This document shows, one piece after another, positions 54,301 to 64,000 of a stretch of DNA of 64,000 nucleotides. The notes beneath the pieces were generated by a model. The model saw only the letters and a list, made by a program, of their open reading frames with translations, had not been told where the DNA came from and made no database searches. The stretch spans positions 736,001 to 800,000 of the forward strand of contig CAWHHI010000020.1 of NCBI GenBank assembly GCA_963829055.1. Direction: 5' to 3'. Made by a program: the position numbers and the translations under genes. Every line of letters starts with the position of its first letter. Position 1 is the stretch's first letter. The DNA is from an uncultured Gemmatimonadaceae bacterium. GTDB taxonomy: Bacteria > Gemmatimonadota > Gemmatimonadetes > Gemmatimonadales > Gemmatimonadaceae.

Positions 54301-56735
54301 CCGCCGTCGCTACGCGCGTTGCCGGCGTTGTCCGTGTTGCGACCGACACGAGCTGCGCCCACTGCATGCTTCCCGTTCCCTCGGGCCTGATCGAGGCGGG
54401 AGAAGAACGTCAGTTCTGCTGCACAGGGTGCCGCACCGCCTTCGCGATGATCGCCGAGCACGGACTCGGCGCGTATTACGACATCGTGGAGCGGCGCGAT
54501 GGACCCGTCGCGACGAGCGACCGCAGCTTCGAGGAGTTCGATCACGCCGCGTTCCGTGATCTCTACGTTCGGGCGACGCCGGACGGGCTCTCTCAGGTCG
54601 ATCTCTACCTGGAAGGCGTGCACTGCGGCGCGTGCGTGTGGCTCGTCGAGCGAGTACCACTCGTCGTGCCGGGCGTGGCGCGCGCGGAGCTCAACATTCG
54701 CCGTTCGCTCGCGCGCGTCGTGTGGCACGACGCGACAGTGCCACTCTCGCGCGTTGCGCGCGCACTCGATTCGTTAGGCTACCATCCGCACCCGTTCCGC
54801 GGCCTCGAGGTCGAGGCCATGCGGCGTCGCGAGGATCGCGCGATGCTGGCGCGCATCGGGGTCGCCGGCGCGGTGGCGGCGAACGTGATGCTCGCATCAT
54901 TCGCGCTGTACAGCGGGCAGTTCGGCGGAATGGAAGGGCCGTACGAGCGGTTCTTCCGCTGGGTGTGTCTGCTGCTCACGACGCCGGCGCTGTTCGGGCC
55001 TGGACGTGTGTTCTTCTCCGGCGCGTGGGCGTCGCTGCGCACCCGGACGTTGAACATGGATCTCCCGATCGCGATCGCCCTGGCAATCGGGTGGGCGCGC
55101 GGAACCGCGAATACGATCACTGGTGTCGGTCCGATCTACTTCGACGGACTGGCGACGCTGACGTTCGCGTTGCTCGCCGGACGCTTCCTGCAGCAGCGCG
55201 GGCAGCGCGCGGCGGCCGATTCGGCGGAGCTGTTGTACTCGCTGTCGCCGTCGAGCGCGCGCGTGGTGGACGGGGATGCCACGCGTGACGTCCCGGCGCA
55301 GGCACTGCTACCGGGAATGGTGCTCGACGTCCGGGCGGGTGAGAGCTTCGCCGCCGACGGCACGGTGGCGTCGGGTCATTCCGCGGTCGACCTGGCGCTG
55401 CTCACGGGCGAGTCACGCCCGGTGTCCGTGAGCGTCGGCGACCCAGTGTATGCGGGCACCACGAACGTGGCGTCCGCGTTGCGCGTGACCGTGGACGCTG
55501 CCGGCGAAGAGAGCAGGCTGGCGCGCATCGTCCAGCAGGTCGAGGAGAGTGCGCGGCGACGCGCTCCGGTCGTGCAGCTCGCGAATCGGCTCGCGGGATG
55601 GTTCGTCGGTGTCGTGCTCGCCCTGGCCGCGGCAACCGCGGTGTTCTGGTATCCGCGCGACCCGACCGCGGCACTCGAGAACGCGATCGCGCTGCTGATC
55701 GTCACGTGTCCGTGCGCGCTGGCGTTGGCGACGCCGCTCGCGGTGAGCATGGCCATCGGGCGCGCGGCGCGGAATGGCATCCTCATCAAGGGCGGCGACG
55801 CGATCGAGCGACTCGCGGAGCCCGGCGTGCTGCTGCTCGACAAGACCGGGACGATCACCGAGGCGCGGGTGGCGCTCGAGGCGTGGGTCGGGCCCGAATG
55901 GGTGAAGCCGCTCGTGCTCGCGCTCGAGCAGGAGTCATCGCACCCCATCGCCGACGGCTTCCGCCGTGCGTTCGCGGGCGTGGACGCGATGCCGGCGAGC
56001 CTAACGACGCACGTCGTTGGTGGCGGCATCGAAGGGATGGTCGACGGCCGGCATGTCGTCGTCGGGTCGCCGGCGTTCGTCGAGGCGCGCGCGACGCGGA
56101 CGATCGCTGCGCCGCCATGCGCGCCGACATTGACGCCGGTGCTCGTCGCGGTCGACGGCATCATCGTGGCGTCGGCGAGCTTCGGCGACCCGATCCGGAG
56201 TGACGCGCGAGCGTCGATCGACGCACTCGTCGCGCGCGGCTGGCGTGTCGGCATACTGTCCGGCGATCACCCGCAGGTGGTCGCGACGGTCGGCAGTGCG
56301 CTCGGGCTTCCACCGGCGTCGTGCGTGGGCGGCGCCGCGCCGGAAGAGAAGCTCCGCGTCGTGGAAGAGATGCGCCGCCAGGGTACGGTGGTGATGGTCG
56401 GCGACGGCGTGAACGACGCGGCGGCGATCGCGGCGGCGTCCGTGGGCGTCGGCGTACACGGCGGCGCGGAAGCGTGTCTGGCGACGGCGGACGTCTACCT
56501 CGCCCGACCCGGTCTCACACCACTCGTCAGGCTCACCGAGGGCGCGGCGCGGACCATCGCCATCATCCGGCGCAACATCGCCTTCTCGATCGGCTACAAC
56601 ATCATCGGGGCGACGCTCGCGGTCACCGGCACGATCACGCCGCTCGTCGCGGCGGTACTGATGCCATTGAGCTCGTTGACCGTCGTGCTCGCGTCCTGGT
56701 CGAGCACGTCCTTTACGCGGGAGCGTGAATCGTGA
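54297..56735 (+). CDS. ccoI: P1B-type Cu-transporting ATPase
   Basis: CAHC, FCCTGC, CGAC, TGES, CPCALALATP, DKTGTIT, SSHP, GDGVNDA. Confidence 0.95.
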   Translation: MTAVATRVAGVVRVATDTSCAHCMLPVPSGLIEAGEERQFCCTGCRTAFAMIAEHGLGAYYDIVERRDGPVATSDRSFEEFDHAAFRDLYVRATPDGLSQVDLYLEGVHCGACVWLVERVPLVVPGVARAELNIRRSLARVVWHDATVPLSRVARALDSLGYHPHPFRGLEVEAMRRREDRAMLARIGVAGAVAANVMLASFALYSGQFGGMEGPYERFFRWVCLLLTTPALFGPGRVFFSGAWASLRTRTLNMDLPIAIALAIGWARGTANTITGVGPIYFDGLATLTFALLAGRFLQQRGQRAAADSAELLYSLSPSSARVVDGDATRDVPAQALLPGMVLDVRAGESFAADGTVASGHSAVDLALLTGESRPVSVSVGDPVYAGTTNVASALRVTVDAAGEESRLARIVQQVEESARRRAPVVQLANRLAGWFVGVVLALAAATAVFWYPRDPTAALENAIALLIVTCPCALALATPLAVSMAIGRAARNGILIKGGDAIERLAEPGVLLLDKTGTITEARVALEAWVGPEWVKPLVLALEQESSHPIADGFRRAFAGVDAMPASLTTHVVGGGIEGMVDGRHVVVGSPAFVEARATRTIAAPPCAPTLTPVLVAVDGIIVASASFGDPIRSDARASIDALVARGWRVGILSGDHPQVVATVGSALGLPPASCVGGAAPEEKLRVVEEMRRQGTVVMVGDGVNDAAAIAAASVGVGVHGGAEACLATADVYLARPGLTPLVRLTEGAARTIAIIRRNIAFSIGYNIIGATLAVTGTITPLVAAVLMPLSSLTVVLASWSSTSFTRERES

Positions 56736-56926
56736 GCGTGATATTCGTCGTCGTGCCGCTCGCTGCGCTCATCGGATTGGTGGCGGTCATCGCGTTCGTC
56801 TACAGCGCGCGCCGCGGGCAGTTCGATGATCTCGATACGCCCGCGGTGCGCATGCTGTACGACGACACACCGGTCGCAGCTACTTCTGCGGCGGACCCTT
56901 CGGCGGCTTCGCAGTCGCCGCCTTGA
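56732..56926 (+). CDS. ccoS: cbb3 maturation protein
   Basis: TM then GQFDDLDTPAVRML. Confidence 0.92.
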   Translation: MSVIFVVVPLAALIGLVAVIAFVYSARRGQFDDLDTPAVRMLYDDTPVAATSAADPSAASQSPP

Positions 56927-57311
56927 AGCGCGCGCGGATGTTCAACAGCTCGGCGCTCACGTCCGCGTCCGCGTTCTTCTTGGTGACGTCTTCGAGCAGC
57001 TTGAGCACGGTGCCGTCGTCCTCTACCAGCGTTGGCTCGCCGCTCAGCCGAGTGCCGAAGCCGAAGTGCTCGCCGGGTACCATCACCATCTCATTCTTCA
57101 GCACGACGTCGCTCTTGTCGTCGGCCACGCGAACGACGACGAACTTCTTGCCGTGCTTCTCCATGTAGCTGATGCGGAGGCCATCGGCGCTGGCGGGCCA
57201 TGGCTGGTACGGGTGGGACTGGCCGTCCGTGCCGTCGAATGACGTGGTGGAAGTCGTGAGCTTCGGGAAATTCCGCTCGAAACCGCCGACGTACATGAGT
57301 GCGTGTCGCAT
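56880..57311 (-). CDS. Hypothetical protein (143 aa)
   Basis: Normal composition and codon usage; no family recognised. Confidence 0.65.
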   Translation of the reverse strand: MRHALMYVGGFERNFPKLTTSTTSFDGTDGQSHPYQPWPASADGLRISYMEKHGKKFVVVRVADDKSDVVLKNEMVMVPGEHFGFGTRLSGEPTLVEDDGTVLKLLEDVTKKNADADVSAELLNIRARFKAATAKPPKGPPQK

Positions 57312-57739
57312 GGATTTGATCGGGAAGGTGTCCGGATTCCGGCGGCTGCCGGGCCAAACGTCGGCTACAATCTACGACCACTTACCCCACGAAGGGCAGA
57401 CGCGCTGAGCAGATGGCCGGTGGCGACCGCTACTGTCCGGCGGGCCGGGCGGTGTTCAACGCGGTCTTCGCCGCCACAGGCCAACGGTTCCAGCGAATGC
57501 CGATCAGGCCGGCCGACCTCGGGGCTGCACAACGCGGACTTTCGCGTTAGGGTCCCGCACTCCGTACCGGACGAAGTCGATCAGCAGGAGATTCCCCGAG
57601 TCGGACGGAGAGGCTGCTCGTGAGCGCGCTTGCATCATGGCTAGCTCCAGCCGATTTGCGCCGCTCCCGTCACCTCGGTGGCTACTTGGCCCGACGAACC
57701 GAGTCCCTTGCAGAGCCTGGGTGATCTGACTAATCACTT

Positions 57740-57761
57740 TATTGAGTAATTTTACTCAATA
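57740..57761. promoter_or_regulatory. AT-rich inverted repeat TATTGAGTAA-TT-TTACTCAATA
   Basis: Perfect 10-bp arms, 11 nt upstream of ATG 57773. Confidence 0.7.
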
Positions 57762-57772
57762 CGGTGAGTACC

Positions 57773-57965
57773 ATGGCCCACCTACTTCCCCAAGCAGCGG
57801 AGCTCGCCAAGAGGCTCCGCGAGCCACGACCGTTCCTCCAGGTCATCGCCGGCCCGCGGTAGGTCGGCAAGACGACGGTCGTCCGGCAGACACTCGACCC
57901 CTGGGGAAAGAGCGCGGTTCACGCCTCGGGACGCTCAAGGGACCCGAGTGGATCGGCTCATCGAG
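57773..57965 (+). pseudogene. AAA_14-type ATP-binding protein, N-terminal remnant
   Basis: LREPRPFLQVIAGPR*VGKTTVV: Walker A GPRQVGKTT with TAG at 57860; truncated shortly after. Confidence 0.75.
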
Positions 57966-58621
57966 ACCATCGCGGCGTGACTCCTCCTGCTCCGCGCTCA
58001 TGGGCTCATGCAGGCCATCGCTCGTGTGAACCGCGTATTCAACGACACACCTGGCGGGCAGGTTGTCGACTATCTCGGTCTCGCCGATCAACTCCGGCAA
58101 GCGTTCGCCCAGACTGTACTCGAGCAGGCCGAAGTATTCACGGGCCTGTGGGCGGCGGTGAGCGGTGGCTGAGCGAGCAGCGCGATCGTAGGCGATCCAT
58201 TCCTGAGGTCGTCCAAATTCAGCCTGAGAAGCGCTTCGGGAGCGAAGGACTCTGGCACGTCGAGTGCACCTCGCGTCACACTCGCGGAGTACGCGCCGAT
58301 GCTGGCTTCCACAACCGCCGCACCCAAGTCACACGTCTCATGCAGTCCCGACACCACCGCACGGCACAGGACGAGCCTTCGTCTGACGTCGACGCGCGCA
58401 TCATCGCGCCCACCGACTCCGCGCACCGCACTCCGCCGTCCGCAACCGCAAGCGGCGGCGATGACCAGAAGGGTGTTCGCTGGATCGATTGCACCGATCA
58501 CGCGGACGGCAACAAGAACGATGGCGACCCGCCGAACGGCCGCGGCCGCCATCGAGGCTCGCATCGTTAGGCGCACCATCAATCGCCTCGCTCGAGGCAG
58601 CTCATAGCTCACGCCGCAAGT

Positions 58622-59656
58622 ATGCCGACCAACGGGAAACAGCGAAACGGAACGCATCGCAGCAACGGAAACAACGGAAAGAACGGCAGTAACGGGAAGC
58701 ACAGCATCAACGGGAAGGAACGCCGGATCCGCGAGCTCAAGGCGCGTCCGATCCGCCCAGGCGATCCCCAGCTGCCGACGAAAGGCCGCCTGCTCATCAT
58801 CGGCGGCCATGAAGACAAGGTCGGCAACATGGTCATCCTGCGCGCGCTCGCGCGGCTGGTCGGGAGCGGCAAGCTCGTCGTCGCGACGCTGGCGAGTGAG
58901 CAGCCCGCTGAGCAGTGGGAACGCTACGAGTCGGTGTTGCGGAGCCTTGGCATTCGGCACCTCAATCACCTGCGCGTCGAATCACGCGCTGATGCCGAGA
59001 CGCCGCGCGCGATGGGCATCCTCGAGGGGGCGACCGGCGTCTTCTTCACGGGCGGTGATCAACTCCGCCTGACGAGTCTGATCGGCGACACACCGGTCTT
59101 CTCACGCTGCTACGAGATATTCGCGCACGGCGGTGTCATCGCCGGTACGTCGGCCGGCGCGGCCGTGATGAGCGAGACGATGATCGTCGGCGGCAACGGA
59201 GAGTCATCGCCGCGCATCGATGACGGACTGCATCTCGCGCCAGGGTTCGGCTTCGCGAAGGACATGGTCATCGACCAGCACTTCTCCGAACGCGGCCGCG
59301 TTGGACGACTCCTCAGCGTGATCGCGCAGAATCCACGCATCCTCGGCATCGGGATCGACGAGAACACCGCCATCGAGGTGGAGCCGTTCCGCCGCTTCCG
59401 GGTGGTAGGCGAGGGAAGCGCCTACGTGATCGACGGCAGCAACATCTCGGACACGAGTGTGGCCGCCGACATGCGAGGGCGGCCGGTGTCTGTCTTCGGC
59501 GTGCAGATGCACGTGCTCACCCAGGGAGACGAGTACGACATCGTCCGTCGCACGCCCGCACGACGACCCGCGGAGGAAGTCGACGAGGAGCTCGGCATCG
59601 ATACGTCGGAGGACGCCGAGCGATCGGCTGATCGCGCCACAGCGGCGGCGAAGTGA
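58622..59656 (+). CDS. cphB: Cyanophycinase (peptidase S51)
   Basis: LIIGGHEDK, FFTGGDQLR, GTSAGA, IDQHF, GIDENTA; N-terminal NGK repeats. Confidence 0.92.
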   Translation: MPTNGKQRNGTHRSNGNNGKNGSNGKHSINGKERRIRELKARPIRPGDPQLPTKGRLLIIGGHEDKVGNMVILRALARLVGSGKLVVATLASEQPAEQWERYESVLRSLGIRHLNHLRVESRADAETPRAMGILEGATGVFFTGGDQLRLTSLIGDTPVFSRCYEIFAHGGVIAGTSAGAAVMSETMIVGGNGESSPRIDDGLHLAPGFGFAKDMVIDQHFSERGRVGRLLSVIAQNPRILGIGIDENTAIEVEPFRRFRVVGEGSAYVIDGSNISDTSVAADMRGRPVSVFGVQMHVLTQGDEYDIVRRTPARRPAEEVDEELGIDTSEDAERSADRATAAAK

Positions 59657-59690
59657 GGATCGATCCGACCAACAACCTCGAGGGCGCCGC

Positions 59691-60362
59691 ATGCTGCTCC
59701 TGATCGAGAACGGTGAGCTGTACGACCCGGTGCCGCGTGGTGAGCAGCCGGTCCTCATCGCGAATGACAGGATCGAGAAGATCGGCCCAGTGGATCGACG
59801 CGCGCTCGACACGCTGGACGTCGAATACGAAGTGATCGACGCCTCGGACTGCTTCGTGACCCCCGGTCTCATCGATCCGCACGAGCACCTCCTCGGCGGC
59901 AGTGGCGAGGGGAGTCTCGCGCTGCAAAGTCCGGAACCGTTCCTGCGCGAGATCGTGCGGGCTGGTGTCACGACCGTCGTCGGGACGTTAGGCGTGGACA
60001 CGACGATGAAGACGCTGCCTGGTCTCCTCGCGCGCGTGAAAGCGCTCGAGGAAGAAGGGCTGTCGACGTTCATGTGGACGGGTGGGTACAACGTCCCGCC
60101 GACCACGGTCCTCGACTCCGTGCGGGAGGACATGCTCTTCATCGACGCGGTGGGGGGCTGCCTGGAGGTCGGGAAGGACGCCGACGTCCTGATCGTCGAG
60201 CGCGGCACGCTCGACATCCGTCACGTTATTGCGAAGGGGCGACGCATGGTGTCGGACGGCGAGCCGATCGTCCGCGAGAAGTTCCTCGAGAAGAGCAGCC
60301 GCGGGATCGATCTCGTGGGCGACAAGTTTCCGGGCACGGTTCCGACGGCCGTGGGTGCGTAG
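59691..60362 (+). pseudogene. iadA: Isoaspartyl dipeptidase with large in-frame internal deletion (223 aa)
   Basis: PGLIDPHEHLLGGSGEG, GVTTVVGTLGVD, TGGY; FIDAVG jumps directly to GCLEVGKDADVL. Confidence 0.75.
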
Positions 60363-60364
60363 TC

Positions 60365-60528
60365 GTCATTCCGAGCGGCGGTGTCATTCCGAGCGAGGCG
60401 AAGCAGCGTAGTCGAGGAATCGCGTTGTCCTGCAGGGCAGAGGGCTCACTCTAGCCAGGTTACCGCTCACGGATTCCTCGACTTCAGCTGTGCGGCTCCG
60501 CTCGGAATGACAACTCGCTCGGGATGAC
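60365..60528. repeat. REP/REPIN-like palindromic repeat, GTCATTCCGAGCG family
   Basis: gtcattccgagcg twice, agtcgaggaatc...gattcctcgact, cgctcggaatgac; between convergent genes. Confidence 0.85.
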
Positions 60529-63002
60529 TCAGTCCGAGCGGAGCGCGACCATGGGATGCACGCGCATGGCCCTCGCAGCTGGAACGATCGCCGCTGCCAG
60601 CACGGCCACGCCGAGCACCACCGCGCACACCACGTACGTCGCCGGGTCGCGCCGCCGTCACGCCGTAGAGCAGGCTGCCTAACGCCCGTCCGGCGATCAG
60701 CGCGCCCACCGCGCCGATCAGTCCACCAACCGCCGCCAGGCTCATCGCCTGGCCCAGAATCATGGCCATCACGCCGCCCTGCTCCGCACCTAACGCCATG
60801 CGGATGCCGAGCTCGCGTCGGCGCTGCGCCACGGCGAGCGACAGCACGCCGTAGATCCCGATCGCGGCCAGCAGCAACGCCGTCACCGCAAACGCGCCGA
60901 GCACCTGCGTGGCGAATCGGTCCCGCGCCGTCGCGTCATGCATGCGCTGCCGCAACGTCGCGACCTCCGACACGGTATGGTTCCGGTCGACGGCCTTGAT
61001 CTCGTTCCGCACCACCGTCGCCGAGCGACGCCGGGTCGCCCGCGGTGCGCACGAACAACATCGCGCGACTGCGCGTCTGCTGCGCGACCGGGAAGAAGAT
61101 CGCCGGCTTCGGCTCCGCGGCGATGTCCTCGTACCGCGCGTCCCCGACGACGCCAACGACATTGAGCGTACGATCATCACGAGGGACCGGCGTCGTCAGC
61201 GGATCGTCGCTGCCCCAGATGGTCCGCGCCGCCGTGGAGTTGATGATCATCACCGGCTGCCCGTCGTGGGCGTCGGCGGCCGACAAGTCTCGACCGCGCA
61301 CGATCGGGATGCCGAGCGTGGCGAAGTAGCCCGGGGACACGACGTGAAACGAGACGTGCGCGTCCTCGGAATGGCCCGCCACGCGCAGCGACGTCCCCTC
61401 GCAGTGATCGCCCACCGGCGCGCAGCTTCCGACGGCGACACTCGTCACGCCCGGGATCGCCGACACACGCTGGATCACCTCGTCCCACAGCGGACCCACC
61501 GGCTGGTTCGCGACGCGCGCCGAAGCCAGCCCTACTCGCACGGTGAGCACGCCGTCCGGCCGGTAGCCGACCTGCGCCTCGAACAGTCGGCCAAGGCTCC
61601 GCACCATCAGCCCCGACATTACCAGCAACACGACGGCCAACGCGATCTCGGCCATCACGAGCACGCCTCTGCTCGTTAGGTGCCGGAGGCCGGAGAACGT
61701 CGGCGTCGCGACGGCGCCCTGACGCATCGCGTCGGCCACTGGCAGGCGAGAGGCCGCGAGCGCGGGCAGCAGGCCGGCCACGAGCCCAGTGAACGCGGCA
61801 ACGCCCGCCGCAACAAGAAGAGCGCGACCATCCAGCGCAATGCCGCCGAGCGAGATGGCCGTGAGCGTGCCGCGGACGGAGGAGAGATTCGCGGCCGCGA
61901 GCGGCGCCATCGCGGACAGCGCACGCACGGCAAGCGCGGCGAGTGCGATTCCGGCGATCACCCCGGCGAGCGAGAGAATGGCACTTTCCGTCAACAGCTG
62001 CCTGACGAGTCGGCCGCGGCCGGCGCCGATCGCGAGGCGGACGGCGAGCTCGCGCCGACGCGCGGCCGCGCGCGCGAGCAGCAGGTTCGCGACGTTCACG
62101 CAGGCGATGAGCAGCAGCATCGACACCGCGACCGCGAGTACGACCACCGAGCGACCGAGCATGGGATCGACGCGCAGTTCCTGCAGCGTGTACGCCGCCG
62201 CGCGCCACGGCACGGTCGTCCCCTCATCAGGGTACGTCGCGTTCACGACTCGGCCGACGTTCACCATGTCGGACTTCGCGGCGGCGACCGTCACGCCGGG
62301 CGTTAGGCGTGCGACGACCTCGAACTGATGCGTGGTCGGGCTCTGCAGCGTCTGAAGAGACGCAGTAGCGGTGTAGAGCGGCCAGAGGCGCGCGTTCCCG
62401 CTCATACCAGCGAACCCGGGCGGGGCGATCCCGACGATCGCGTAGCGCTGGCCGTTCACGTCGAGCATGGCGCCGAGCGCGGATTCCGCGGCGCCGAATC
62501 GCTCGCGCCAGTATGCGTCGCTGATGACGATGGACCGGTCGCCGCCGGTCGGGCGATCTTCGCTGTCGAGGAAGAAGCGACCGCGTTGCGGCGTGATCCC
62601 GAGAATCGAGAAGTAGTGCGCCGTCACGGATTCGCCGAGCACGCGTTCGGCGCCGTCGTCACCGCCGACGGTATAGGCGTTGGCCATGTGAATGGCGGCG
62701 TCGCTGAACGTGCGACGCGCGGTGAGGAAGGTCTGGTACTTGGGGTACGACCACGACATGTCGATCTCGCCGGAGCCGTACTGCACGGGCATGCGCAGGA
62801 ACACCGCCATGAGCCGATCGGGCTCGCGGAACGGCAGCGGTCTGAGGAGGGTGGCGTTGACGACGCTGAAGATCGCGGTCGTGGCGCCGATCCCGATGGC
62901 GAGGATCAGAATGGCGATCGCGGCGAACCCGGGGTTCGAGCGCAGCATGCGCCGGGTGTAGCGGACGTCGTGACGCAGGTCCTCGAGCAACGCTGTTCGC
63001 AT
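60529..63002 (-). CDS. ADOP-type duplicated ABC permease; frameshift near 61020
   Basis: [47 protein letters not shown]. Confidence 0.92.
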
Positions 63003-63277
63003 GGAGCTCTCGCTGTCGATTGGCTCCATTTCGACAGCGCGGCCGCATTACGGGTTTGAGCCACTCCGCGCCGGCATCGAAGCGAAGGGACGAACGGATG
63101 CCGCGGATCGAACGATTGGCAGGATCACAGAATCGTGCTCGAACGGCGGCGATCCAGCACGCAGTTCAATCCTTGTCAATCCTGCCAGATGCGTCTGCTG
63201 TTGTTTGTGCCTGGTATCCCGCAGGAGCGCGGGAACCCGCCGCAAGCGGCTCGTATCCGGAGCGACCTGTCTGTGCT

Positions 63278-63360
63278 GTCATCGTAGCGAGCCCGGCTAC
63301 AATGACTTCACAGGAGATCCGCTCGCCGCCGCTCGGGATGACACACGCGCTCGGGATGAC
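63278..63360. repeat. REP-like repeat related to 53476-53578
   Basis: Shares the gtcatcgt..c..gctac-aatgac inner hairpin; ctcgggatgac twice. Confidence 0.7.
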
Positions 63361-63365
63361 ACCGC

Positions 63366-64000
63366 TCAGCCGTCCGTCCCACGCAGCGCCACCATGGGAT
63401 CGACACGCACCGCTCGGCGCGCCGGCACATACGCCGCTACGAGCGACACCAGCGCAATGCACACCACCACCACGCCATACACCAGCGGGTCCCGCGGGCT
63501 GGTCGTGTACAGCAGCCCGCTGATGAACCGCGTCGCGACCATCGCGGCCGGCACACCCATCGCGACTCCGAGCACGATCAGGCGCCCCGCGTCAGCGAGC
63601 GTGTTTGCCGCGATCCGCGCGCGCGACGCACCGAGCGCGCTGCGGATCCCGATCTCCCGCGTGCGCCGGCTGACGTCGAACGACAGCACGCCGTACACCC
63701 CGATCACCGCCAGCAGCAACCCCATCACCGCGAACGCGAGAATCTGCATCGCATTCGTGCGGATGCCGCCGAGCTGCTGCCTAACGTTGTCGCTCACGAG
63801 TGTGGTGAAGACCGGCCGGTCCGGGACCAGACGCGCGAGCAGCACGCCCATTGGTCGGAGCAGCGGTGCGGGACGCGCCGACGCCGCTGCGAAGAACGTC
63901 GGGAACGCCGACGGCGCCTGATCGTACGGACGGTAGAGCTCAGGTCCGTCGTCGTCGAGCAGCAGGTTCGGACGCGCCGCCTTGCTGTTGGCCACGACAC
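63366..64000 (-). CDS. ADOP/FtsX-like ABC permease, C-terminal part (runs off right edge)
   Basis: GVYGVLSFDVSRRTREIGIRSALGA...YVPARRAVRVDPMVALR. Confidence 0.9.
   Translation of the reverse strand, partial: VVANSKAARPNLLLDDDGPELYRPYDQAPSAFPTFFAAASARPAPLLRPMGVLLARLVPDRPVFTTLVSDNVRQQLGGIRTNAMQILAFAVMGLLLAVIGVYGVLSFDVSRRTREIGIRSALGASRARIAANTLADAGRLIVLGVAMGVPAAMVATRFISGLLYTTSPRDPLVYGVVVVCIALVSLVAAYVPARRAVRVDPMVALRGTDG

Noticed and set aside
57860..57862. TAG readthrough or recoding in the Walker A motif
   Set aside because: The gene also shifts frame and truncates soon after, and TAG is used as a normal stop elsewhere; simple decay is the better explanation.
58088..58969. 293-aa minus-strand ORF upstream of and overlapping cphB
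   Set aside because: The 5' half is antisense to cphB; the remainder is hydrophobic but has no clear start or recognisable family.
1745..63786. GTTAGGC/GCCTAAC as integron attC core sites (GTTRRRY/RYYYAAC)
   Set aside because: The match to the consensus is exact, but most copies lie inside ordinary genes, are not paired 55-140 bp apart around a hairpin, and no integrase or cassette array is present.

Overview
GC-rich bacterial DNA (about 69% GC by eye). Gene content (ADOP-type permeases with PadR, Tol/PD40-amidohydrolases, fused ccoNO) suggests a Gemmatimonadota/Acidobacteriota-like soil organism; this is an inference. Many genes, especially in 1-31 kb, are broken by single-base indels that look like long-read consensus errors, so several CDS coordinates span frameshifts. 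The window holds two paralogous PD40-amidohydrolases, HigBA and BrnTA toxin-antitoxin pairs, an archaeal-type aspS with an attenuator-like leader, a Vat-family acetyltransferase, three ADOP permeases, a complete cbb3 oxidase cluster, cyanophycinase plus an internally deleted isoaspartyl dipeptidase, several gene remnants and several repeat families. Two features stand out. (1) A class II lanthipeptide cluster: a sensor-less sigma54 activator, a mini membrane-fusion-like protein, two unusually long 7-Cys precursors, one LanM, a C39 LanT and a YIP1 protein. (2) A window-wide non-palindromic motif CGTTAGGC/GCCTAACG, about one copy per kb on both strands, written into genes with otherwise rare codons. 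It behaves like a DNA-uptake or HIP1-type genome signature.
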